This document shows, piece by piece, positions 56,171-64,000 of a stretch of 64,000 nt of DNA. This DNA comes from an uncultured Acidimicrobiales bacterium. GTDB taxonomy: Bacteria > Actinomycetota > Acidimicrobiia > Acidimicrobiales > DATKAS01. The notes under the pieces were generated by a model, which did no database searches, was not told where the DNA came from, and was given only the letters and a program-made list of their open reading frames with translations. Positions within the stretch are counted from its first letter, which is position 1. Each line of letters starts with the position of its first letter. The stretch covers positions 2,003 to 66,002 of the forward strand of contig CAVSDE010000002.1 of the NCBI GenBank assembly GCA_963726695.1, given 5' to 3'. Made by a program: the position numbers and the translations under genes.

Positions 56171-57385
56171 TCACGCGACGAGGGAGCGCAGGCAGTCCAT
56201 CGCGTCCCAGACGTCGACGAATCGAGTCGTGATCGGCGCCGGGCCGAACCGGACGCGATCAGGAGTGCGGAAGTCGGGAACGACGCCCCGCTCGGTCAAC
56301 GCCGCGCACAGCGCTCGGGCGTCGGGGTGACGCAGCGCAACGTGTGATCCCCGCGTCGCGGGATCACGCGGCGAACCGAGCCCGACGCCGAGCGGCTGCA
56401 GCCACGCGTCGTAGAGATCGATCAGGTACGACGTGAGCGCGACGCCCTTCTCGCGCAAGCGCCCGATGCCTGCCTCGGCGAGAAGCTTCACGCCTTCGTC
56501 GACGGCGGCGAGGCCGAGGATCGGGGAGGTACCGACGAGGAACTGCGCGATGCCAGGCTCGGGGTCGTAGGCGGGACCCATCTCGAACTGGTCGCGCTGG
56601 CCGAACCATCCCCAGATCGGCTGGCGCAGCCGAGGTTGCTGCGACCGGTTCACGTACAGGAAAGCCGGCGCCCCCGGCCCGGCGTTCACGTACTTGTACG
56701 TGCACCCGACCGCGAGATCGACGTGCGCGGCATCGAGCTCGACGGGATACGAACCGACGGTGTGCGACAGGTCCCACAGCACGAGTGCGCCCGCGTGGTG
56801 CGCGACCTCGGTGATCGCACGCATGTCCGCGACCGCGCTCGACGCGAAGCCGACGTGTGAGAACGTGACGAGGGCAACGTCGTCGTCGATCGCGTCGCTC
56901 ACCGCCTCTGCGGTGAGCCGTTCGACGGGATCGGACTGCACCATCCGCAGCTCGAGGCCGCGCTGTCGCGCGAGTCCTTCGACGACGTAGCGGTCGGTCG
57001 GAAAGTTCTCGGAGTCGGTGACGATGACGCGTCGCTCGCCGCGGGCGTCGAGGGCGGCGGACGCGCACTTGTAGAGGTTCACCGTCGTCGAGTCGCTCAC
57101 CACGACCTGACCCGGCGCCGCGCCGAGGAGTGCGTCGCCCAATCGATCGCCGACCTGCCCGGGCCACGGCAGCCACTTGTCCCAGGTCAGCGCGAGCCCG
57201 CCGCCCCACTCCTGCCGGATGAGCGTCGCGAGGCGCTGTTCCGTCGCGATCGAAAGTCGACCGAGGGAGTTGCCGTCCATGTAGGTCAACGACGGGTCGT
57301 CGATCACGAACCGATCTCGGAAGGCGGCGAGGGGATCCACATCGTCGAGCGCCTGCGCGCCAGCGCGAGACAGCGGTTCAGTCAC
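56171..57385 (-). CDS. kynU: Kynureninase
   Basis: 404 aa. YMDGNSLG, WDLSHTVG, CTYKYVNAGPGAPAFLYV, RFGPAPITT. Confidence 0.9.
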   Translation of the reverse strand: MTEPLSRAGAQALDDVDPLAAFRDRFVIDDPSLTYMDGNSLGRLSIATEQRLATLIRQEWGGGLALTWDKWLPWPGQVGDRLGDALLGAAPGQVVVSDSTTVNLYKCASAALDARGERRVIVTDSENFPTDRYVVEGLARQRGLELRMVQSDPVERLTAEAVSDAIDDDVALVTFSHVGFASSAVADMRAITEVAHHAGALVLWDLSHTVGSYPVELDAAHVDLAVGCTYKYVNAGPGAPAFLYVNRSQQPRLRQPIWGWFGQRDQFEMGPAYDPEPGIAQFLVGTSPILGLAAVDEGVKLLAEAGIGRLREKGVALTSYLIDLYDAWLQPLGVGLGSPRDPATRGSHVALRHPDARALCAALTERGVVPDFRTPDRVRFGPAPITTRFVDVWDAMDCLRSLVA

Positions 57386-58105
57386 CGAGCCAGTCCATCA
57401 CGATCCTCCACGACTCCCCAGCGGGATCGATCACCTCGAAGTGATCGACACCCGGTCGCACGACGAGCTCGACGTCGTCGCCCGCCGCGTGAGCCGCCTG
57501 CGCGAAGGAGACGCTCAGCTCGACGGGCACGTTCTCGTCTCGGTCGCCGTGAACCAGGAGCGCAGGGACGCCGAGCGGCAGCAGGGCCATCGGCGAGGTC
57601 TGGTCGTATCGCTCGGGGAAGTCGGCCGGGCTGCCCCCGAGGAACCCGCCCGTCGCGTTCGAGGACAGCCCCAGGTCGAACGCGCGGCGCAGGTCGGTCA
57701 CTCCCGCGAGCGACACAGCCCCCGTGATCCCAGGCACGACACGACCGGCCCAGAGTGCGAGGTGACCCCCGGCTGAATGGCCGATCGTGACCACGCGGTC
57801 GCGCGGCAAGTCGTTGACTCCGGCGGAGGCGATCTCGGCGAGCGCCTCGATGCCTGCCCGCACGTCATCGAAGGTCGTCGGCCATCCCCCGCCATCAGCG
57901 CCGACGCGCCGGTACTCGAGGTTCCACGCGGCCCACCCGCGCGCCGCGAGGTGCGCACCCAAACCGTCCATCAGGTGACGGTCGTATCGATCACGCCAGA
58001 AGCCTCCGTGGATGAGGACAGCTGTCCCACGCGCGGGCTCGCCGTCGGGAAGAAACAGCTCCCCGTGCTGACTCGGGAGGACGCCGTACCGTGGATCGAC
58101 CTCAC
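57378..58105 (-). CDS. Alpha/beta hydrolase, possible kynurenine formamidase; start unresolved
   Basis: The frame of ORF 57378..57971 is open upstream to 58112 (EVDPRYGVLPSQHGELFLPDGEPARGTAVLIHGGFW). Nucleophile GHSAGG. No in-frame start codon; a GTG at 58105 is one base out of frame. Confidence 0.65.
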
Positions 58106-58579
58106 GAAGCGGTCAGGGCGCGGCGAGACGTACTGGTCCAGCCCGATGATGAACCGCTCGAGCAACGCCGCGAGCTGCTCGCGGTCTCGGGCGCTGAAGT
58201 CGGTGAGGATGCCTTCGAGCGCGTTGCGACGCCTCGCGGTGAGTGCCCGATGGACCTCGTTGCCTCGCTTCGTGATCGCGACGACCATGACCCGGCCGTC
58301 TTCGTCAGAGCGGCGCCGCTGCGCGAGGCCGGTGTCCACCAGCCGATTGACCGCGCGGGTCGCGGTCGACGCGTCGACACGGAGCGACTCCGCGAGCTCG
58401 CCCATCCGCACGGGACCGTGGAAGACGAGAAGGTCCAGCGCGTCGACCTGGCCGAGATCGAGAGCATCCTCACCCTCGCCATAGACGATCGGGCGGAAGG
58501 CTTGCATGGCCGCACCGCGTCGCAGCTCACGCCACGCAGCTCCCACTCTGAAGAGCACGGCAACGTTCGGGTCGGCCAT
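57971..58579 (-). CDS. MarR family transcriptional regulator; the 3' third of the ORF is probably read-through
   Basis: wHTH MGELAESLRVDASTATRAVNRLVDTGLAQRRRSDEDGRVMVVAIT. The family length suggests an end near 58110, where the hydrolase frame has a TGA. Confidence 0.8.
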   Translation of the reverse strand: MADPNVAVLFRVGAAWRELRRGAAMQAFRPIVYGEGEDALDLGQVDALDLLVFHGPVRMGELAESLRVDASTATRAVNRLVDTGLAQRRRSDEDGRVMVVAITKRGNEVHRALTARRRNALEGILTDFSARDREQLAALLERFIIGLDQYVSPRPDRFVRSIHGTASSRVSTGSCFFPTASPRVGQLSSSTEASGVIDTTVT

Positions 58580-58741
58580 GCGGTTCGTATACTAGCGTAA
58601 AGGTTGCATGCTGCAAGTACTCGCGCTGAGTCGCGCTGGCGTGAAGGACGGCGCAATGCGACGCCGGGGCGAGCGAAGCACCGATTGTGGAGCGCAGCGA
58701 CCCGAGCCGGCGGAAGCTCAGCGGACGCCAGCGAGGAAGAC

Positions 58742-59971
58742 TCAGACCTTCGGCTCACGCGGCAGGCCGAGCACGCGCTCCCCCACGATGTTGCGTTGGA
58801 TCTCGGCGGTGCCACCCCAGATCGTCTCCGACCGCGAGAAGAAGAACGACGCCTGCATCGGGTTGACCGCATAGCCCTCTCGGCCGCGCTGACGCATCAC
58901 GCCCGGCCACGAGTCTTCCTCGTCGCCGGTGAGGATCTGCGCCTCGATGCCGACGATGTCGAGCGCGAGCTCCATCACTGCTCGGTGGTGCTCAGACCAG
59001 AACATCTTGTTCGTCGCTCCGAGCGCAGCGACGCCCAGGTCGCGGGCGCCGGTGAGCGTCGCGGTGAGCGAGCGCCACCCGTTGACCTTCATGATCTGCA
59101 CGTTCGTCCAGGCCTTCATCAGGCGCTGACGGATCGAGGCGTCCTCGATCCGGCCGTTCGCCTTCGCGAGGTCGAAGAGGTGCTCGAGCTCGCGCTCGAA
59201 CCGGCGGTACGACGTCGTCGCCGAAGAGCCACGCTCGAACCCGAGGGTCGTGTTCGTGACCTCCCAACCGTTGTTGACCCCGCCGACGACGTTCTCCTTC
59301 GGGCAACGCGCGTTGTCGAAGAACACCTCGTTGAACTCCGATGACCCATCCGGCTGGGTGATCGGGCGCACCTCGACACCCGGCTGCTTCATCGGCACCA
59401 GGAGATACGAGATGCCCTTGTGCTTCGACGCGTCGGGGTTGGTGCGGGCGAGCAGGAAGACGTAGTCCGCGTACTGCGCCTGCGTCGTCCAGACCTTCTG
59501 TCCGTTGATCACCCACTCGTCGCCGTCGAGCACTGCGCTCGTCTTGAGCGACGCCAGGTCCGATCCCGAGTTCGGCTCGCTGAACCCCTGGCACCACGAG
59601 ATCTCGCCCCTCATGATCGGCGGCAGGAACTGGTGCTTCTGCTCCTCGGTGCCCCACCGCAAGATCGTCGGGCCGACCAACGTGTCGCCGAAGAAGTCCG
59701 CGCGCATCGGGGCGCCAGCTCGCGCGAACTCTTCGTTCAGCACCACGTTCTCCATCACCGAGAGGCCCTTGCCGCCGTACTCCGTCGGCCACGACGCGCA
59801 GATCCATCCGCCCTCTTGGAGCTTCTTCACCCAGTCGAGGTTGAACTGCTTGCGGTCATCGCCCTTCAGCTCGAAGCTCTCGTCGAACCACCCGTCCGGC
59901 AGGTTGTCTTCCAACCAGGTGCGGATCTCTTTGCGGAAGGCTTCGGCTTCGGGGGGGTAGGTCAGATCCAT
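58742..59971 (-). CDS. Acyl-CoA dehydrogenase
   Basis: WPTEYGGKG, ISWCQGFSEPNSGSDLASL and C-terminal IWGGTAEIQRNIVGERVLGLP. The start is taken at MDLTYPPEAEAF. Confidence 0.9.
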   Translation of the reverse strand: MDLTYPPEAEAFRKEIRTWLEDNLPDGWFDESFELKGDDRKQFNLDWVKKLQEGGWICASWPTEYGGKGLSVMENVVLNEEFARAGAPMRADFFGDTLVGPTILRWGTEEQKHQFLPPIMRGEISWCQGFSEPNSGSDLASLKTSAVLDGDEWVINGQKVWTTQAQYADYVFLLARTNPDASKHKGISYLLVPMKQPGVEVRPITQPDGSSEFNEVFFDNARCPKENVVGGVNNGWEVTNTTLGFERGSSATTSYRRFERELEHLFDLAKANGRIEDASIRQRLMKAWTNVQIMKVNGWRSLTATLTGARDLGVAALGATNKMFWSEHHRAVMELALDIVGIEAQILTGDEEDSWPGVMRQRGREGYAVNPMQASFFFSRSETIWGGTAEIQRNIVGERVLGLPREPKV

Positions 59972-60030
59972 CCCCACATTCTTGACCTTCGGGTCAGGGC
60001 AGCGAAAGGCGAGGGGCATAGAGTGCCGCC

Positions 60031-61242
60031 GTGGCTGTGACTGAGAGCGCCCCGACGCCCAACACGCCGGCCGAGCTTCCCACCGGCCGCTGGACGTACC
60101 AGTGGAAAGAGCTCTACTCCGAGGTCATCCAGAGCGGGCTGTGCACGGGATGCGCCGGCTGCGTCGTGGCGTGCCCGCACGACGTCATCGGGTATGACCA
60201 CGTCGAAAAGGGCTACAAGCCGTTCCACCTCGAGGCCGAGCTCGGCGCCGACAACTGCACCCATGGCGAGAAGGGCTGCACCTCGTGCACCCGAGCCTGC
60301 CCACGGTTTCGCACCTGGGAGCCCGAGGCCGACATGCACCTGTTCGGGCGCGTTCGCGAGCCCAACGAGATGTACGGCATCACGAAGGACCTGCTCCTAT
60401 GCCGCGCGAGCGACGCGTACGTGCACAAGATCGGGCAGGACGGCGGGTTCGTCTCGGCGCTGCTGATCTGGGCGATGGACGAGGGCTACATCGACTGCGC
60501 GCTCACCTCGTTCCTCGAGGGTGACGGCACGTCGTGGAAGGCCATCCCCGGCCTCGCCCGCAACAAGGACGAGATCCTCGCGTCGGCGGGGTCGCGGTAC
60601 ACGTACTCGGCGAACACCCTCGCGGTGAAGCAGGCGCTCGAGGAGGGCTATTCCAAGCTCGCACTCGTCGGCATGAGCTGCCAGAGCTCGGCGCTGCCGA
60701 TCATGTGGTCGCGCAAGGTCGGCAAGGCGGGCAAGCCGTTTCTCTTCAACATCGGTCTGCTCTGCTCCAAGACGTTCGACGACGCCATCTTCGAGGAGCT
60801 CTTCCTCGCCAAGTACGGCCTCCACAAGGAGGAGATGGTGAAGATGAACATCAAGGGCGTCTTCCAGATCTGGATGAGGGACGGCTCCTACCACGAGATC
60901 GATCTGAAGGAGTGCCACCAGTGGACGCGCGAGGGTTGCAAGATGTGCCCCGACTTCGCGGCCGAGCACGCGGACATCTCGACCGGCGGCATCGGTGAGG
61001 ACAACGACTGGACGCTCGTCCTCGTGCGCACCGACCTCGGACGCGAGATCGTCGGGCGGATGATCTCGACGGGTGTGATCGAGAGCCGTCCCGCGGACAC
61101 CGACGAGAAGGCGATGAAGCTGCTGCGCACGCTCTCGATCGTCAGCCGGCGGCGGTGGCCCGGGTTCGCGGAGCCCTCGGCGAAAGTAGGCGTCCCGCCT
61201 CCGAAGAAGAAGGCCGACGGCTCCACCCCCGCCGCGCACTGA
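60031..61242 (+). CDS. Coenzyme F420 hydrogenase/dehydrogenase beta-subunit family (FrhB/FdhB-like) iron-sulfur flavoprotein
   Basis: Cys clusters CTGCAGCVVACP and CTSCTRACP, then GQDGGFVSALL, SRYTYS, GLLCSKTF, CKMCPDFAAEHADIS. 403 aa. Confidence 0.8.
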   Translation: MAVTESAPTPNTPAELPTGRWTYQWKELYSEVIQSGLCTGCAGCVVACPHDVIGYDHVEKGYKPFHLEAELGADNCTHGEKGCTSCTRACPRFRTWEPEADMHLFGRVREPNEMYGITKDLLLCRASDAYVHKIGQDGGFVSALLIWAMDEGYIDCALTSFLEGDGTSWKAIPGLARNKDEILASAGSRYTYSANTLAVKQALEEGYSKLALVGMSCQSSALPIMWSRKVGKAGKPFLFNIGLLCSKTFDDAIFEELFLAKYGLHKEEMVKMNIKGVFQIWMRDGSYHEIDLKECHQWTREGCKMCPDFAAEHADISTGGIGEDNDWTLVLVRTDLGREIVGRMISTGVIESRPADTDEKAMKLLRTLSIVSRRRWPGFAEPSAKVGVPPPKKKADGSTPAAH

Positions 61243-61248
61243 CGCGGC

Positions 61249-62052
61249 GTGGATCCCGGCCCCGCGCGCGATGTCCTGACCTTCGCGGCCGGCGTCGTCA
61301 CCGGCATGCTGTCTGGGGCGTTCGGGGTCGGCGGCGCGGTGGTGTCGACACCTCTGATTCGGGGTCTCGGCGCGTCGGCAACGATCGCGATCGGCACGAC
61401 GCTTCCGTCCGTCATCCCGAGTTCGATCAGCGGCTCGCTCCGCTACAGCCGCGAGCGGCTCATCGTGTGGGCCGCAGTGATGTGGACCGTCCCAGTGGGC
61501 GTGGTGTGCGCGGTCGGAGGCGCGTTGGCGACAGAGATCATCCCGGGCGAGGGCCACGTGCAGCAGCTCATCACCGCTGGGTTCGTCGCCTTCACCGCGT
61601 GGCGCATGTATGCGGCGGGGAAGGCTGAGGTCAAGACCCCGCCCGCCGAGCGCGACACATCGGAGATCGGCGTGACCACATCCGACCGCCGACGTTTCAT
61701 CGCGATCGGAGCGTTGTCCGGCGGCCTCTCTGGCCTGCTCGGTGTGGGTGGCGGGATCGTGATGGTGCCTGCGTTCAACCAGATCATGAAGATGACGCTG
61801 AAGCAGTCGATCGCCACCTCACTCGTATGTGTGGGGCTGTTCGCCGTGCCGAGCACCATCACCCACGCGGCCCTCGGCGACATCGACTGGCGCATCGCGT
61901 TCTTCCTCACGTTGGGCGTGATCCCCGGCGCTCGCATCGGCTCGCGACTCACGCTCGCGGCGAGCGACGCCCGATTGCGCAACGCGGTGGCGTTGTTCCT
62001 CGGGATCCTCGCGGTCATCTACGCGGCCGGCGAGATCGCCGCCCTCTTCTGA
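61249..62052 (+). CDS. TauE/SafE family membrane protein (second copy)
   Basis: GMLSGAFGVGGAVVSTPL and GGLSGLLGVGGGIVMVPA repeats. 267 aa, 7 nt after the FrhB-like gene. Confidence 0.8.
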   Translation: MDPGPARDVLTFAAGVVTGMLSGAFGVGGAVVSTPLIRGLGASATIAIGTTLPSVIPSSISGSLRYSRERLIVWAAVMWTVPVGVVCAVGGALATEIIPGEGHVQQLITAGFVAFTAWRMYAAGKAEVKTPPAERDTSEIGVTTSDRRRFIAIGALSGGLSGLLGVGGGIVMVPAFNQIMKMTLKQSIATSLVCVGLFAVPSTITHAALGDIDWRIAFFLTLGVIPGARIGSRLTLAASDARLRNAVALFLGILAVIYAAGEIAALF

Positions 62053-62060
62053 GTGACGCG

Positions 62061-62819
62061 GTGACTGCACCGGAGTCCTGGGTGCTCGGTGGAAGGCCCG
62101 AAAGCATCGATCGACTCGTCAAGGAAGTCGCTGCGAGCCACCGCCGCGTGGAGACGACCGCTTCGGCGCTCGCGCACTCGGGGGAACCGCAGCCGACAAA
62201 GCTGCTTGGCTGGACGACCGCGCATCTCCTCTGCCATCTCGAGCGCAACGCTGCGAGCCACATCCGGATGCTCGAGGCAGCGCTTCGAGATGAAGTCATC
62301 GAGCAGTACGAGCGCGGCGACGCCGGACGGACGGCCGAGATCGAATCGGGGAGCCGCCGGCCGCTCGACGAGCTCTTCGTTGCACTTGTCGACACCGATC
62401 GACGGCTCGAGGCGACCTGGGCGCGGCTCGACGCTCACGCGTGGAGTCGTCCGACGGCCGCCCGCGCGGGCCTGCGCCCCGCGTTCACGTGTCTTTGGGC
62501 GCGGTGGCGTGAGGTCGAGATCCACTCTGTCGATCTCGGGAGCCCGTCGCAGTCCTGGCCCGACGTATTCGCGCTCGCCGGCCTCGACGTCGCGGTCCAA
62601 GGGCTCGAGCTGCGCCCCCTCGCCGCGCGTCTCCCGAAGGAGGTGACCGCCGCCCTCGTCGACCACGACGGCAACAGGTGGACGTCCGATGGCGAGTCGA
62701 TACCGACGCATGCCGGTGTCGGCACGAGCCAGCACTTGCTCGCGTGGATCGTGGGTCGCGGCGGCGAGGACGAGATCGACTGGTCGCCTGAAGCGCCGCC
62801 GATCTCACCGTGGCCGTGA
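62061..62819 (+). CDS. Maleylpyruvate-isomerase-type DinB/MDMPI family protein
   Basis: LLGWTTAHLLCHLERNAASHIRML and WREVEIHSVDLG, from the last 253 codons of ORF 61827..62819 starting at GTG 62061. Confidence 0.7.
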   Translation: MTAPESWVLGGRPESIDRLVKEVAASHRRVETTASALAHSGEPQPTKLLGWTTAHLLCHLERNAASHIRMLEAALRDEVIEQYERGDAGRTAEIESGSRRPLDELFVALVDTDRRLEATWARLDAHAWSRPTAARAGLRPAFTCLWARWREVEIHSVDLGSPSQSWPDVFALAGLDVAVQGLELRPLAARLPKEVTAALVDHDGNRWTSDGESIPTHAGVGTSQHLLAWIVGRGGEDEIDWSPEAPPISPWP

Positions 62820-62834
62820 GCGCTTCAGGCCCGT

Positions 62835-62878
62835 GATTGGTAGCTCGGGGTGCGCATGAGTGCCCCGACCTACCAATC
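62835..62878. terminator. Long hairpin GATTGGTAGCTCGGGG-N12-CCCCGACCTACCAATC between convergent genes
   Basis: 16-nt arms with one mismatch, read directly. It lies in the 62-nt spacer between 62061..62819 (+) and 62882..63550 (-). Confidence 0.5.
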
Positions 62879-62881
62879 TCG

Positions 62882-63550
62882 TCAGCAGGTCGAGGTGAGC
62901 GCGGTGGCTCTCGTGAACACGGCGTCGAGCATCTCGCGGGTGAGCTTGCCGGTGAAGGTGTTCTGCTGACTCGGATGGAACGAGCAGATGAGGTTCTTGC
63001 CGCTGTCGAGCGCGACCTCGACTCCATGTCCGAACTTCGGTCGCGGCTTCACACCGAGCACGCGGCATGCGGCCTCGTAGGCGAACGCTCCCAGCGCGAT
63101 GTACACCCGGGCGTCGTCGAGCAAGGCGATCTCACGGCGGAGGTACGGCTCGCACGCGTCGCGTTCCTCGATGGTCGGCTTGTTGGCAGGAGGCGCGCAG
63201 CGCACCGCCGCGGTCAGGTACGCACCGATCAGCTGGAGTCCGTCGTCGCGAGCGGTCGACGTGGGCTGGTTCGCGAGCCCCGCCCGATGCATCGCGCCGT
63301 ACAGCCACTCGCCTGACCGATCGCCCGTGAACATGCGGCCGGTGCGATTGGCGCCGTGCGCCGCCGGCGCTAGACCGATGATCACGATCCGCGCCCCGGG
63401 ATCGCCGAAGCCCGGCACGGGCTTGCCCCAATAGTCCTCGTCGCGGAACGATGCGCGCTTCTCGGCGGCGACCTCCTCGCGCCACGCGACCAGTCGAGGG
63501 CAGGCCCGGCACGCCACGATCTCCGTCGTCACCGCCGCGATCGAGTCCAT
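62882..63550 (-). CDS. udgB: Uracil-DNA glycosylase, family 5 (UdgB-like)
   Basis: CRACPRL, GLAPAAHGANRTGRMFTGDRSG and HPSQQN. The start is taken at MDSIAAV within ORF 62882..63880. Confidence 0.85.
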   Translation of the reverse strand: MDSIAAVTTEIVACRACPRLVAWREEVAAEKRASFRDEDYWGKPVPGFGDPGARIVIIGLAPAAHGANRTGRMFTGDRSGEWLYGAMHRAGLANQPTSTARDDGLQLIGAYLTAAVRCAPPANKPTIEERDACEPYLRREIALLDDARVYIALGAFAYEAACRVLGVKPRPKFGHGVEVALDSGKNLICSFHPSQQNTFTGKLTREMLDAVFTRATALTSTC

Positions 63551-63580
63551 CAGGGTCAGGGTAGGTTGACCGTTCCTCCC

Positions 63581-64000
63581 ATGAGCCGTCCCAAGCCCAC
63601 GCCCCCCACCGTTGTCGTGCTCGTTCGCCATGGTCAGACTCCGACCACTGGCACGATCCTCCCCGGCCGCGCTCCTGGGCTCCACCTCGCCGACAAGGGA
63701 CGCGAGCAGGCCGAGGCCGTCGCAGTCCGACTCGAGGCGTTGCCCAAGGTCGACGCCGTCTACGCGTCGCCCCTCGAGCGCACCCGCGAGACCGCAGCCC
63801 CCATCGCCAAGCGTCGTCACCTGAGGGTGCGCATCGAGAAGGGGCTGCTCGAGGCCGACTTCGGGGACTGGACCGGCCAACAGCTGAAGACGCTCTTCAA
63901 GCAGCCCGAGTGGCAGACGGTGCAGCGGTATCCCAGCGGCTTTCGCTTCCCGAATGGCGAGTCGTTCGCGGAGATGCAGGCCCGCATCACTGGCACGATC
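63581..64000 (+). CDS. Histidine phosphatase (phosphoglycerate-mutase-like) family protein; 3' end outside the window
   Basis: My own translation from ATG 63581: MSRPKPTPPTVVVLVRHGQTPTTG..YASPLERTRETA..FPNGESFAEMQ. The frame is open to the window end and is not in the ORF track because it has no stop. Confidence 0.8.
   Translation, partial: MSRPKPTPPTVVVLVRHGQTPTTGTILPGRAPGLHLADKGREQAEAVAVRLEALPKVDAVYASPLERTRETAAPIAKRRHLRVRIEKGLLEADFGDWTGQQLKTLFKQPEWQTVQRYPSGFRFPNGESFAEMQARITGTI

Noticed and set aside
58604-58616. Small palindrome TTGCA-tgc-TGCAA upstream of the second MarR gene.
   Set aside because: Only 5-bp arms, which is too short to distinguish from chance without comparative data.
1-64000. 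Search by eye for tRNA, rRNA, tmRNA, IS elements and cas genes.
   Set aside because: Nearly all sequence is accounted for by protein-coding frames. The remaining gaps are short (mostly under 100 nt) and lack cloverleaf-like or rRNA-like conserved strings. Absence cannot be proven without running tRNAscan or Infernal.

Overview
Very GC-rich chromosomal segment; third codon positions are almost all G/C. Gene content points to an actinobacterium: a DUF222-HNH gene, WS/DGAT, several DinB/MDMPI-type paralogues, an F420-type FrhB homologue, an ECF sigma factor and many TetR/MarR/LysR regulators. I recognise about 75 protein-coding genes. I found no rRNA, tRNA, CRISPR array, transposase or integrase.

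Gene blocks, in order:
- 1-1758: LivM/G/F-type ABC transporter, with the 5' end outside the window.
- 1766-2982: broken P450.
- 3328-8763: protocatechuate branch of the beta-ketoadipate pathway (pcaC, pcaHG, pcaB, pcaD) plus pobA and a coupled hydrolase.
- 8771-10446: TauE/LysR pair.
- 10440-15927: minus-strand operon of a DCD-family gene, an acyl-CoA ligase, a DpgC-like crotonase-fold protein and a benzoylformate-decarboxylase-like enzyme.
- 15935-18691: methyltransferase, an orphan gene and DUF222-HNH.
- 18803-23188: PAS histidine kinase and NarL regulator, followed by a TasA-like protein, a SipW-type signal peptidase and an FN3 secreted protein.
- 26309-29813: an ADP-ribose-centred module (ARH-like-vWA fusion, canonical ARH, divergent NrtR-type Nudix).
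- 29830-34319: WS/DGAT, MFS, TetR and SDR.
- 35357-37976: PNPOx/GAF/winged-helix regulator and a hemerythrin-like gene.
- 39016-42504: frame-scrambled secreted-protein, ApbE and ferric-reductase-like cluster next to an ECF sigma / anti-sigma pair.
- 42597-43965: beta-propeller plus a MoaD-like protein ending in GG.
- 43940-50516: acetoacetyl-CoA synthetase and a second ferric-reductase-like gene coupled to a FAD monooxygenase.
- 50589-64000: YjbR/ArsR/beta-lactamase-like/acyltransferase operon, DrrAB, kynureninase, acyl-CoA dehydrogenase, FrhB-like plus TauE, UDG, and a partial histidine phosphatase.

About a third of the genes need one or more frame switches to read through. This looks like indel error at short G/C runs, real gene decay, or both. 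All coordinates of frameshifted genes are therefore approximate at the junctions.

The most interesting candidates for uncharacterised systems:
- the ARH-like-vWA / ARH / NrtR module;
- the ligase / DpgC-like / decarboxylase triad next to pobA-pca;
- the two-component-system-linked TasA/SipW/FN3 locus;
- the two ferric-reductase-like loci;
- the beta-propeller / MoaD-GG pair.
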